64,000 nucleotides of DNA, from IMG/VR virus record IMGVR_UViG_2671180612_000001, positions 32,001-96,000 of that record. One strand, 5' to 3'. The notes beneath the pieces were generated by a model. The model had not been told where the DNA came from and searched no databases. It worked only from the letters and a program-made list of their open reading frames with translations. Below, piece by piece: positions 46,074-55,500 of this stretch. Position 1 is the stretch's first letter. Every line of letters begins with the position of its first letter. The stretch comes from a virus (Duplodnaviria > Caudoviricetes). The translations under genes were made by a program, and so were the position numbers.

Positions 46074-47021
46074 ATGACCGAACTTCTGAACCGCCTGACC
46101 AAGACGTCCGGCTCGATCGCATCCATCGCTTCCTTCGGGACGGGCTTCGGCCTTCGCTTCCCGCAGATCGCGTTCGCTCCGGAAGGTGGGGCGGGCTCGG
46201 GCGGCGGCTCGGATGAGGGCGAGGCTGACGAGGGCGACGACGAGGACGAAGACGACGCCGGCAACGAAGGCGGCTCGGACGAGGGACAGTCCGACGACGA
46301 CGACGCTGGCAACGAGGGCACTGACAAGAAGCCGACGGATCGTGAGGCCAAGCTCCTGAAGGAGTCGCTGTCGCGCAAGAAGGCGCTCAAGGATGCCCAG
46401 AAGGCGCTCGCCACCGCGAACGCAGCCCTGAAGGCGTTCGAGGGGATCGACCCCGCGAAGGTCCGCAAGCTGATGAAGGACCAGCAGACGGCGGAAGCCA
46501 ATGCTGCCGAGGCGCGTGGCGAATACGAGGAGTCCAAGCGCATCCTCCAGGAAGCGCACACCGAGGAGCTGAACGCCAAGGACGTGCTGCTCGCCGAGAG
46601 CAACACGACGATCAAGGGTCTCCAGGACCGGATCAACGAGCTGACGATCGGCGCCAAGTTCACGAGCTCCAAGTTCGTGAGCGAGGAGCTGGTGCTGACG
46701 CCGACCAAGGCGCGCCAGGTCTACGGTGCGAACTTCGAGATCGCCGAGGACGGCACGCTGACGGCCTACGACCGGCCGGCCAGCCAGGAGGGACGCAAGA
46801 AGCTCCTGAACAAGAAGAGCGGCGAGCCGGCGACGTTCGACGACGCCATGCGCCAGCTCATCGACGCCGACTCGGATCGCGATCATCTCCTGCGCTCCAA
46901 GACCAAGGGTGGTGCCGGCTCCGGCACCAAGGAAAACGGCGGCAAGACCCCGGCGAAGGCACCCGACACGTTCGGTCTGTCCCGCATCGAGGCCGCGCTT
47001 GCCGCTTCGCGGAAGAAGTAA
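46074..47021 (+). CDS. capsid scaffolding protein
   Basis: Acidic Gly-rich N-terminus, coiled coil, GAGSG linker; between portal and MCP. Confidence 0.8.
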   Translation: MTELLNRLTKTSGSIASIASFGTGFGLRFPQIAFAPEGGAGSGGGSDEGEADEGDDEDEDDAGNEGGSDEGQSDDDDAGNEGTDKKPTDREAKLLKESLSRKKALKDAQKALATANAALKAFEGIDPAKVRKLMKDQQTAEANAAEARGEYEESKRILQEAHTEELNAKDVLLAESNTTIKGLQDRINELTIGAKFTSSKFVSEELVLTPTKARQVYGANFEIAEDGTLTAYDRPASQEGRKKLLNKKSGEPATFDDAMRQLIDADSDRDHLLRSKTKGGAGSGTKENGGKTPAKAPDTFGLSRIEAALAASRKK

Positions 47022-47127
47022 GTAAGCGATTACTCACTTTTTCCTTTGTTGATCGCCGCCTGCGGGTTATACTGCCCAACAGATTTTCGCAGTCCCGCAG
47101 GCGGGCACAGAAAGGAAGAAATCGACC

Positions 47128-48027
47128 ATGCCTCTTCTCGTTGAAGAAGCCGAAAAGCTCTCCGAGATCGACCTCGTCCGCGGCGTCATCGAAGAGATCA
47201 TCCACAAGGACGAGCTGTTCGCTCTCCTCCCCTGGGTTCGCACCGAGGGCAAGTCCTACGACTACGTCCGCGAGCTGACCATCTCCGAGGGCGAGTTCCT
47301 GTCGGCCTACGAGGACGTGCCCGAGGGCGCTGCCACGTTCGACGAGGTCTCGACCAAGTGCAAGGTGCTGGCAGGCCAGATCCTGCTCGACAACTTCACG
47401 ACCGAGTCCATGTCGGACCTCAACCCGCAGCTCGGCATCCAGATCCGCTCGAAGGCCAAGGGCCTGGGCATCAAGTTCCGGCGCACGCTCGTCAACGGCG
47501 ACTCCAGCCAGAACAAGAAGTCCTTCGACGGCATCAAGACGCTGACGCCGGCCGGTCAGACGCTCGTCGCGGGCGCCAACGGTGGTGCGGTTTCGCTCGA
47601 GGCTCTCGACGAGCTGAAGGACGCGGTCCTGCTCGGCGCTGACGCCTTCATGATGCGCGAGGGCACCTGGCGCGGCCTGAAGTCGATCCTGCGCACCTTC
47701 GGCGGCAACACCGCGCCGATGATGATGATCGAGAACTTCGGCATGGTGCCGGCGATCGACGGTATGCCCGTCATCATCAACGACTTCATCCGCGCGGACG
47801 AGGTCCAGGGCACCAACGACAAGACGACCTCGATCTACGCGCTGCGTCTGAACGAGGCCGACGGCTTCCACGGCCTCTGGGCCGGCGCGCAGGCGGGTAT
47901 CCGCTACGAGCATCTCGGCACCTCGCACGTCAAGGACGCCGACCTGCACCGCCTCAAGTGGTATTGCGGCACGGCCCTCAAGGCCACGCACGCTCTGGCC
48001 CGTCTCAAGGGCGTCACCAACATTTAA
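47128..48027 (+). CDS. major capsid protein
   Basis: GVIEEI...LPW, NGDS...FDGI, TTSIYA, RLKWYCG..L...ALARL.GV. Confidence 0.9.
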   Translation: MPLLVEEAEKLSEIDLVRGVIEEIIHKDELFALLPWVRTEGKSYDYVRELTISEGEFLSAYEDVPEGAATFDEVSTKCKVLAGQILLDNFTTESMSDLNPQLGIQIRSKAKGLGIKFRRTLVNGDSSQNKKSFDGIKTLTPAGQTLVAGANGGAVSLEALDELKDAVLLGADAFMMREGTWRGLKSILRTFGGNTAPMMMIENFGMVPAIDGMPVIINDFIRADEVQGTNDKTTSIYALRLNEADGFHGLWAGAQAGIRYEHLGTSHVKDADLHRLKWYCGTALKATHALARLKGVTNI

Positions 48028-48059
48028 GCTTGGTGATAAGTAACGACTTACTTTAGAAT

Positions 48060-48089
48060 GGGGCAGGGCAATCCTGCCCCTTTCTGTTT
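48060..48089 (+). terminator. terminator after MCP
   Basis: GGGGCAGG-GCAAT-CCTGCCCC-TTTCTGTTT. Confidence 0.7.
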
Positions 48090-48098
48090 GAGAAGGTC

Positions 48099-48359
48099 AT
48101 GAGCCGCATTATCGAGATCTACGGCCGCAGCAATTGCGGCTTCTGCGCACGAGCCAAGGAGCTCGTCGCATCGGAGGGCCTGGCCTTCCGCTACCATGAC
48201 GTCGCCGACCCCGCCTTGAAGGCCGAGATGGACCGGCGCGCGCCAGGCGCCCGAACCGTGCCGCAGATCTTCGCGGCCGGCGAATACATCGGCGGGTTCG
48301 ATGATCTCGAAGTCCTGCACCTGACCGGCACCCTCCCGATCACCGACAAGGAAATCTGA
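48099..48359 (+). CDS. grxC: glutaredoxin (GrxC-like)
   Basis: CGFC active site, TVPQIF, IGGFDDL. Confidence 0.9.
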   Translation: MSRIIEIYGRSNCGFCARAKELVASEGLAFRYHDVADPALKAEMDRRAPGARTVPQIFAAGEYIGGFDDLEVLHLTGTLPITDKEI

Positions 48360-48361
48360 TC

Positions 48362-49186
48362 ATGAAGCCTATGCTTCTGCGCCTGAAGAGCGGCGCTTTC
48401 ACCGGCTACAACGGCCATCTCGGCAACGCCTTCTTCCAGGACGGGACGTCCGTGGACGTCGTGGCGCCGGCCGTCGCCAACCAGATCGCCGGCATCATGG
48501 AAGCCGTGCATGTGGACGAGGACGGCGTCGAGCACCCGGCCGGCCGTCAGCACCAGGTCATCAACGGCGTCGCGATCCGCGTGGCCGAGACCGCACCGCT
48601 CGCACGCCAGACCGACGCCGAACGCGAAGCCGAAGAGCGCGCCGAGCGCCTGCGCACGGCCAAGGCCGATAGCGTCACGCTGCGCACCAAGGACGAGCTC
48701 GACGCCCTCGCCGACAAGGGCGGCATCAAGGCCGTGCGCGTCGTCGCCGAGGAGTGGGGTCTCAAGGGACGGTCGATCCCTGCCCTGATCGAGTCCATCC
48801 TCACCGCGCAGGCCGAGTTCGTCGAGGCGCGCAACGCTTCCGGCGCGACGCAGATCGAGGCCCCGGTCGATCCGGTCAAGCCGGAAGGCGAGGGCGCCGA
48901 GGAGACGTCGGTGGATGACGACGACCTCGCGGCCAAGATCGCGGCGGCAGCGGCCCGCGGCATCGCCGACGCCATCAACGCCGAGACGGCCGACACCGAC
49001 GAGACCGGCACGGGCGGCGAGGGCGGCACCGAGGCCACCGGCGAGGGCCAGGAAGGCACGCAGGAGAGCGAGGACGCTTCGGGCGAGGGCGAGAGCACCG
49101 ACGAGACCGAAGACGCTCCCACGGGCTCTGGTGAGGGCGAGGGCACCGGCGAAGGTCAGGGCGAGAGCGACGAGGGTCGCGAGTAA
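48362..49186 (+). CDS. virion-module protein with long acidic Gly-rich tail
   Basis: FTGYNGHLG...F.DG.S; ADKGGIKAVR. Confidence 0.7.
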   Translation: MKPMLLRLKSGAFTGYNGHLGNAFFQDGTSVDVVAPAVANQIAGIMEAVHVDEDGVEHPAGRQHQVINGVAIRVAETAPLARQTDAEREAEERAERLRTAKADSVTLRTKDELDALADKGGIKAVRVVAEEWGLKGRSIPALIESILTAQAEFVEARNASGATQIEAPVDPVKPEGEGAEETSVDDDDLAAKIAAAAARGIADAINAETADTDETGTGGEGGTEATGEGQEGTQESEDASGEGESTDETEDAPTGSGEGEGTGEGQGESDEGRE

Positions 49187-49189
49187 CCC

Positions 49190-49987
49190 ATGCAGATCTT
49201 CCCCGAGAACTACGTCGTCACCTACGACGTCCCGCTGCACGACCTGAACGACAAGCCCGTCGAGGTGACGGGTGCGAGCGTCTCTGTCACCGACGAGCGT
49301 CGCCGGCCGCTGGGCGCGATCGACGCGGTTCTCGGGGAGACGCTGCGCGTCGTGGTGCCGGCCGAGCTGAACGCGCTCCAGGCGGGCACGAGTGGAATGG
49401 AAGGCCGTGTCGTCACGGTCGTCCTTCACACGCCGGGCGGCGACATCACGCGCCAGCTCGTCTACGCCGTCCAGGGCACGGACTCGCTCGCCGTCCCGAA
49501 CAACTCCTTCCAGACGATCCACGAGGCGCGCATCAAGGCGTTCGACCTGCCGGGCCTCAAGATGGTTCACGGCGCGTCCGATCGCGACCTGCGCGCCGCG
49601 CTGATCGAAGCCTACGCGCGCCTGACGCGCATCTCCCTCAAGATCATCGACAGCTACGACCGCGAGACGCTGATCCTACCCGAGGTCAACTACCGGACCC
49701 GCTTCACCTACATCGACCAGCAGCACTGGCACGAGATGGATGTCGCGACCTTCGACGACTTCCCGGCCTACTTCACGGATCGGCTGAAGCGCGCGCAGAT
49801 CATCGAGGCCGACGAGATCCTGACCGGCGACATCATCGGCGACAAGCGCCGGGCCGGCGTCCTGTCGGAGTCGATCGGCGAGAGCTCGATGATGTTCCGC
49901 AACGGCGTTCTCGACATGGGCGTCACGCGCGCAGCGCTCGAGGCGCTGACCGGGCTCGTCCACTACCAGTTCCGGATCACCCGCTGA
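49190..49987 (+). CDS. head-tail connector/adaptor
   Basis: Synteny; LKRAQIIEA...GVLSESIGESS. Confidence 0.7.
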   Translation: MQIFPENYVVTYDVPLHDLNDKPVEVTGASVSVTDERRRPLGAIDAVLGETLRVVVPAELNALQAGTSGMEGRVVTVVLHTPGGDITRQLVYAVQGTDSLAVPNNSFQTIHEARIKAFDLPGLKMVHGASDRDLRAALIEAYARLTRISLKIIDSYDRETLILPEVNYRTRFTYIDQQHWHEMDVATFDDFPAYFTDRLKRAQIIEADEILTGDIIGDKRRAGVLSESIGESSMMFRNGVLDMGVTRAALEALTGLVHYQFRITR

Positions 49988-50343
49988 TGTTCATCCCGAA
50001 CCGCAACGGCTCGCTGGCACGCTCGACCGGCTACGACTTCCACGCCCAGCCGTCGTTCGGTCGGGATGAGGACGTGCGCTACGCCTCGATCCACATCAAC
50101 CAGATCCTCTCCTCGACAACCGTGCGCGCGGACTCCTCCGCGTCGCGCGGAGCCGCTGACGAGATCGTCGCCAAGGCGACGGTGCTCTTCCCGGCCAAGG
50201 TCGAGCCGAACGTCAACGATCGCTTCCGCGACCGCGACTTCCCGCAGCTCTTCCGCGTCACCAAGGTCGAGCCCCGCTACAACGTCGCCGGTCAGATCGA
50301 CCATTGGCAGTGCGACCTCGAGCCCTTCGAGGTCGAGGCATGA
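49987..50343 (+). CDS. head closure protein
   Basis: Synteny, size, beta-rich sequence. Confidence 0.65.
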   Translation: MFIPNRNGSLARSTGYDFHAQPSFGRDEDVRYASIHINQILSSTTVRADSSASRGAADEIVAKATVLFPAKVEPNVNDRFRDRDFPQLFRVTKVEPRYNVAGQIDHWQCDLEPFEVEA

Positions 50344-50783
50344 TCGGGTCGCGGGTGAGGGGAGCCGAGGCGCTCGCCGTGGAGCTGCGCCAGATCGCCG
50401 AGCGCGTGGCCGACACCTCGCGCAAGCAGCTCCGGCGCGGCGCCGACGAGATCGTCAAGGAAGCGCGCCTCAACGCGCCGGTCGACGAGGGCAACCTCGA
50501 GGAGTCGATCCGCATCGAGCGCGAATACGAGCCCGGCCGCGGGCGCCTCAAGATCGATGTCGTCGCGGGCGGCGAGGTCAACGGCGTGAACGTCGAGCAA
50601 TACGCCCTCTACGTCCACGAGAACTACTCCTCGATGCAGCCGGGTCCGAAGACGCTCGCCAAGCAGCAGGCCAATCCCTCGCGCATCGTCGGGGAGAAGT
50701 TCCTCGAGCGTGCGGCCGAGGCCGAGTTTCAACGCCGCTTTCGCGCTCGCATGATCGCGGCCATCATGAGGGAAGTCCCGTGA
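50340..50783 (+). CDS. HK97 gp10-like tail completion protein
   Basis: ARLNAPVDEGNLEESI...YALYVHE...KFLERA. Confidence 0.8.
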   Translation: MIGSRVRGAEALAVELRQIAERVADTSRKQLRRGADEIVKEARLNAPVDEGNLEESIRIEREYEPGRGRLKIDVVAGGEVNGVNVEQYALYVHENYSSMQPGPKTLAKQQANPSRIVGEKFLERAAEAEFQRRFRARMIAAIMREVP

Positions 50784-51181
50784 TCTTCGACATCCTGCGC
50801 GACAAGCTCGTCGCGGCCGAGCTGGGCATTCCCGGCAAGACGCTGTTCCTCAACGCCATGCCGGGCGACGTCGCGATCGGCATCATGCTCAAGAGCCCGA
50901 TCCAGGGCATCCGCATCGACCACGAGCTGCCCGGCTACTACGACCCGAGCCTTCAGGTGATCGTGCGTCACGGCGATCCTGTGAAGGGCGCGGCGCTCGC
51001 CGACCAGGTGCAGCGCTGCCTGACGGTCGATAAGCGCGAGCGTCACGATGCAACGGCCGAGCGGGGCGCCGTCCAGATCAACCAGTTCCTCCCCGCCCAC
51101 ACGCCCATCCAGTTCCCGCGGATGAACGGTGGCGGGATCGAATGGTCGCTGAACTTCCGAACGAGCTTCGCGATCGCCTGA
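50780..51181 (+). CDS. tail terminator-like protein
   Basis: Synteny; LQVIVRH...WSLNF. Confidence 0.7.
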   Translation: MIFDILRDKLVAAELGIPGKTLFLNAMPGDVAIGIMLKSPIQGIRIDHELPGYYDPSLQVIVRHGDPVKGAALADQVQRCLTVDKRERHDATAERGAVQINQFLPAHTPIQFPRMNGGGIEWSLNFRTSFAIA

Positions 51182-51256
51182 AACACCTTGCCACGCCGCG
51201 TTACGGCGCGGTATGATAAGTAAACGCTTACTCATTCTGCCAACGAGAGGAAATCC

Positions 51257-51784
51257 ATGGCATCCGATACCCAGAACGTGAAGCTCGGCGTGTGCCGGCT
51301 TTTCTTCGACGACAAGGATCTCGGCTTCACCAAGGGCGGCGTCGAAGCCGCGGTGGAGACGTCGACCCAGGAAATCACCGTCGACCAGCTCGGTAACTCG
51401 CCGATCGGCGAGCGCATCACGGGCCGCACCTGCACCGTGACCGCGCCGCTGGCCGAGACCACGCTCGAGAACCTCGTCGCGATCATGCCGGGCGCCCAGC
51501 TCGTCACCGACAGCCAGGATCCGACCAAGAAGAAGGTCGTCGTCCCGGCCGGCGTCGGCATCGACCTCCTCGAGATCGCCAAGAAGCTCCGGCTGCACCC
51601 GAAGGAGAACGCGGACGACGACACGTCCGAGGACTTCATCGTGCCGCGCGCGGCGACCGCGGGCGCTGCGACCTTCGCCTACAAGCTCGACGAGCAGCGC
51701 GTCTTCAACGTGGTCTTCAAGGCGTATCCGGACGCCGAGACCGAGACGCTCTTCGTCGTCGGCGACGAAACCGCCAAGGCGTAA
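51257..51784 (+). CDS. major tail tube protein
   Basis: VKLGVC...DLGFTKGGV...VDQLG..P...LAETTLENL. Confidence 0.85.
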   Translation: MASDTQNVKLGVCRLFFDDKDLGFTKGGVEAAVETSTQEITVDQLGNSPIGERITGRTCTVTAPLAETTLENLVAIMPGAQLVTDSQDPTKKKVVVPAGVGIDLLEIAKKLRLHPKENADDDTSEDFIVPRAATAGAATFAYKLDEQRVFNVVFKAYPDAETETLFVVGDETAKA

Positions 51785-51857
51785 TCCTTCCAACCAAAGA
51801 AATAAGTAAGCCCCTACTCACGGAGTAGGGGCCTCTGCTTCCCAGGAGACCACCCGC

Positions 51858-52229
51858 ATGTCCGATACCAATGTGAAGTTCCTCGACCTCGACGAAGTCG
51901 CCCCGAAGGTCGGGTTCGCGATCAAGCTCAAGGGCCAGCGCTACGACGGCAAGGAAGCCACCGTCGAGGACTTCATCAACAACACGCTCGACATCCAGGC
52001 GCTCGGCACGAAGACGACCGCGAAGGAAGAGTTCGACATCACCGTCAAGATGCTGATGCGCGCATTCCCCGGCCTGCCCGAGACCGACATTCGCAACCTG
52101 ACGCTCTCCCAGATCCAGGCGTTCGTGCAGTTCGCGCAGCAGAACAACGGCCAGGACGAGGTCACGAAGAGCGCCGGCGACGACGCCAAGGCCGAGGCCG
52201 CGTCCGAGGGAAACGCTCCGGGGGCCTGA
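51858..52229 (+). CDS. tail assembly chaperone (gpG-like)
   Basis: Between major tail and tape measure genes; slippery G GGA AAC near its end. Confidence 0.8.
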   Translation: MSDTNVKFLDLDEVAPKVGFAIKLKGQRYDGKEATVEDFINNTLDIQALGTKTTAKEEFDITVKMLMRAFPGLPETDIRNLTLSQIQAFVQFAQQNNGQDEVTKSAGDDAKAEAASEGNAPGA

Positions 52230-52549
52230 AGGCCCTCGACTTCGGCTTCCTCTTCACCCGCGTCCACCGCTTTTACGGCTACGCGAACCGCAACGCTCTC
52301 CTTGGGGAGTCGGCTCGATACTTTTGGCATCTCCACAAGAGCATCGACCGCATCCTCGCCGAAGACAGCCTTCGCCAGATCAACGCGATCGCTTCGGCCA
52401 CCTCTGAAAAGGGGTTCGAGAGCTTCACCAACGCCATGACCAAGCAGATCGGCACGGTCGCCGAGTTCGATGCTGCCGAGGTCGCACAGGAGGAAAAACT
52501 TGATCGAGCGGGCCTCGCGGCCCTGAAAGGCAAAGGCAGACTGAAATGA
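52208..52549 (+). CDS. -1 frameshift extension of the tail chaperone (gpT-like; not in the ORF track)
   Basis: Open -1 frame KRSGGLKALDFGFLFTRVHRFYG...FWHLHKSIDRILAE..., stop overlapping the TMP start. Confidence 0.8.
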   Translation, partial: GKRSGGLKALDFGFLFTRVHRFYGYANRNALLGESARYFWHLHKSIDRILAEDSLRQINAIASATSEKGFESFTNAMTKQIGTVAEFDAAEVAQEEKLDRAGLAALKGKGRLK

Positions 52550-55500
52550 AGGGTATCACGGTAGAGCTGGAGCTGGCTGACGGCTCCTTCACGACGCGGA
52601 TGCTGCGAGCCGGCCAGACCGTCCAGCAGTTCAACCGGGTCGCGGCCGGCTCGAACCAGATGCTCCAGCGCCTTGCCGCCTCCAACCAGTCGGTGATCTC
52701 CTCGATCGCGATCGCCGACCGCAACACGAAGGGGTTCGTCGCCACGCTGCGCGACGTCTCCATCGTGACCGGCGCCGTCACCTTCGCCATGTCCGCCATG
52801 ACGAGCGTCGCCCACGGCTGGGTCGGCGCGATCCTCGAGGTCAACGCCGAGTTCGAGCGTCTCACGCACCTCATGGCCGGCATGTCGAAGTCGGAGAACC
52901 CCTTCGCCGAGGCGTCCAACAACGTCGAAGTCCTCATCAAGAAGGCCAAGGAGGTGCCGTTCACCCTGAAGTCGGTGACGGACAACTTCGTGAAGCTGAA
53001 GGCCACCGGCACGGACCCGTTCAACGGCTCGCTCGATGCCATCATGGACGGCATCGCGGCCTTTGGTGGCTCGGATCAGCACTTCAACCGCGCAACCGTC
53101 GCCATCTCGCAGATGATGGGTAAGGGCGTCATCCAGATGGAAGAGCTGCGCCAGCAGCTCGGCGAGTCCGTCCCGTCGGCGATCGCGCTCATGGCGCGCT
53201 CCATGGGCCTCTCCATGGGTCAGCTCATCAAGGCGGTCGGCACCGGCACCGTGGAGTCCAAGCGCGCGCTGGAGATGCTCTACGCCGAGATGGATCGCAC
53301 GTTCGGTGGGCGTGCGAACGCCATGATGGACACGTTCATGGGTCAGCTCAAGCAGACCGAGACGCTGTTCCAGACGCTCGCGCGCACGACGGGCGATGCC
53401 GGCTTCATGGACGAGATGAAGAAGCAGCTTCTCGACCTGAACCAGGTGCTCGGCTCCTCGATCGGCACGTCGATGGCGCAGACGCTCGGCCGCGGCCTGA
53501 CGACGATCGTCCAGGGCTTCCGGTCGGTGATCGACAACGCCATCGAGTTCCGCGGCTCGATCGAGCGCCTGGGCAAGGCTCTCCTGACCGTGTTCGGCGC
53601 CAAGCTCGTCTTCGCCGGCATCGGGCAGATCACCACGGCGTTCGGCGCCCTGCGCGCTTCGCTGACCGCGACCGGCGTCCAGTTCGGCGTCGCGAGCCAG
53701 CAGATCTACCTCTACAACGTCGCGGTGAACTCCGGCGCGGCCGCAACGACGCTGATGGCGCGCGGAACGCAGGTGCTCCTCGCTGGCGTGTCGGGCCTTG
53801 CGATGGGCATCACGGCCGTCATGCCGTGGCTGACGGCGCTCGGCTTCGCGGTCTACGCCGTCGGCGAGTATTTCGACCTCTTCGGCAACAAGGCCAAGGA
53901 CGCCTACAAGGAGCTCGAGCAGTTCGGCGCGCGCTCGCGCGAGGCGTTCAACATCGCCGCGACTGCGGCCGACGCGCAGGTCGGCAAGCTTGAGAAGCAG
54001 ATCGCCGCCATCAACAAGGCGTTCAATGCCAAGGATCGCGACGAGGTCGCCGCGAACTGGATGGAGCGCTACGGCTCGATCGGCGATCCGGAAGCTGCCA
54101 AGCAGGCACTCGACCGGATGCTCGCCAACTACGACGCCCAGATCGACCCGATCAAGAAGAAGATCGAGGAGATCCGCGGCGTCATGTCGAAGGGCGAGAC
54201 GCAGCTCCTCGAGGACGAGGAGCGCGCGAACCTCCAAGCCTTCCAGACGATGCTCGACAAGGAGATCACCTCCTACAAGGCCGCATACGACAAGCGGGCG
54301 GTCCAGATCTCCGAGGAGTCCGACGCGCAGATCCAGTCGGCCAACGAGACCGGCCGCACGCTCCAGGCGATCACCAAGGAGCGCCAGGAGAAGACGCTCG
54401 CCAACCAGCTCGGCCTCTACAAGCGCGAGGAGGACTTCCTGCGCGCCAAGATCGCCGAGGAAGCCAAGATCATCACGGAGTCGGCCGACGAGGTCGCCAA
54501 GGATCTGGCGCAGAAGCGCACGGCCGCGCTGAACGCCCGGCTCGTCGAGACCCTTGCGGCCGCAGACCGCGCCAAGGGCATCGATTGGGGCGCGCCCATG
54601 GTCGATAACGTCGACGATGGTCAGAAGGCATACGATCGCGGCCAGAAGCGCCTCGAGAACCTGAAGGCCGAGATCTCCGGCATGAAGGCCGAGCTCAAGG
54701 GCGCGAACGCCGAGGTCGTCGAGCTCCAGACGCGCATCGCCACCGGCCAGTATGGCAACATGGGTCTCGAGGAGGTCCAGAAGCTCACGGACGAGCTCGT
54801 CCAGGCGCAGGCCGAGAAGGAAGCGCTGGACGAGCTGATGAAGGGCTCGCGCGCTCTCGACGCCGACATCACGAGCGCCCGCGTGCGCCTCGCCAACGAG
54901 GAAGCCGACCTCAAGACCAAGCTGCGCGGCGAGGAGCTCTCGGAGGCCGACAAGATCCGCAACAAGTGGATCGAGGGCGGCTACCAGGGCCTCGGGCCGA
55001 ACTCGCCGATGCAGGTGGGTCTGCGCGACATCACCACGCTCCTGAACACGACCGGCACCGTGACGGACGGCGTGGGCAACGCGCTGCGCAACAATGCCTT
55101 CGGCGAGCAGACGGCCGGCCGCATCACGACGATCACCGATCAGCTCCGCGAGATGGGGAACCTTCTCGGGATCATCTCGACCAACGCGAACGGGATCTCC
55201 TTCGGGGATGTCGCGCGCGGCGGCGCGGGCTTCCGCACGCTCTCCGGTCCGCTCGGCGCCGGGATGCGCGACCTCATCGGCTACGCGGAAGGCACCGACA
55301 AGGGCCGGGGCTACAACGAGACGCTCGGCTACGGCGCCTACACGGGCGGCGATCGCAACCTCGTCGGCATGACGCTGAACGAGATCCTTCAGCTCCAGAA
55401 GCAGATGCTCGCCCATCCGGCGAACGGCTACAACTCGTCGGCGCTCGGCCGCTACCAGATCGTCTCCAAGACCCTCAAGGGTCTCATGGAAGAGATGGGC

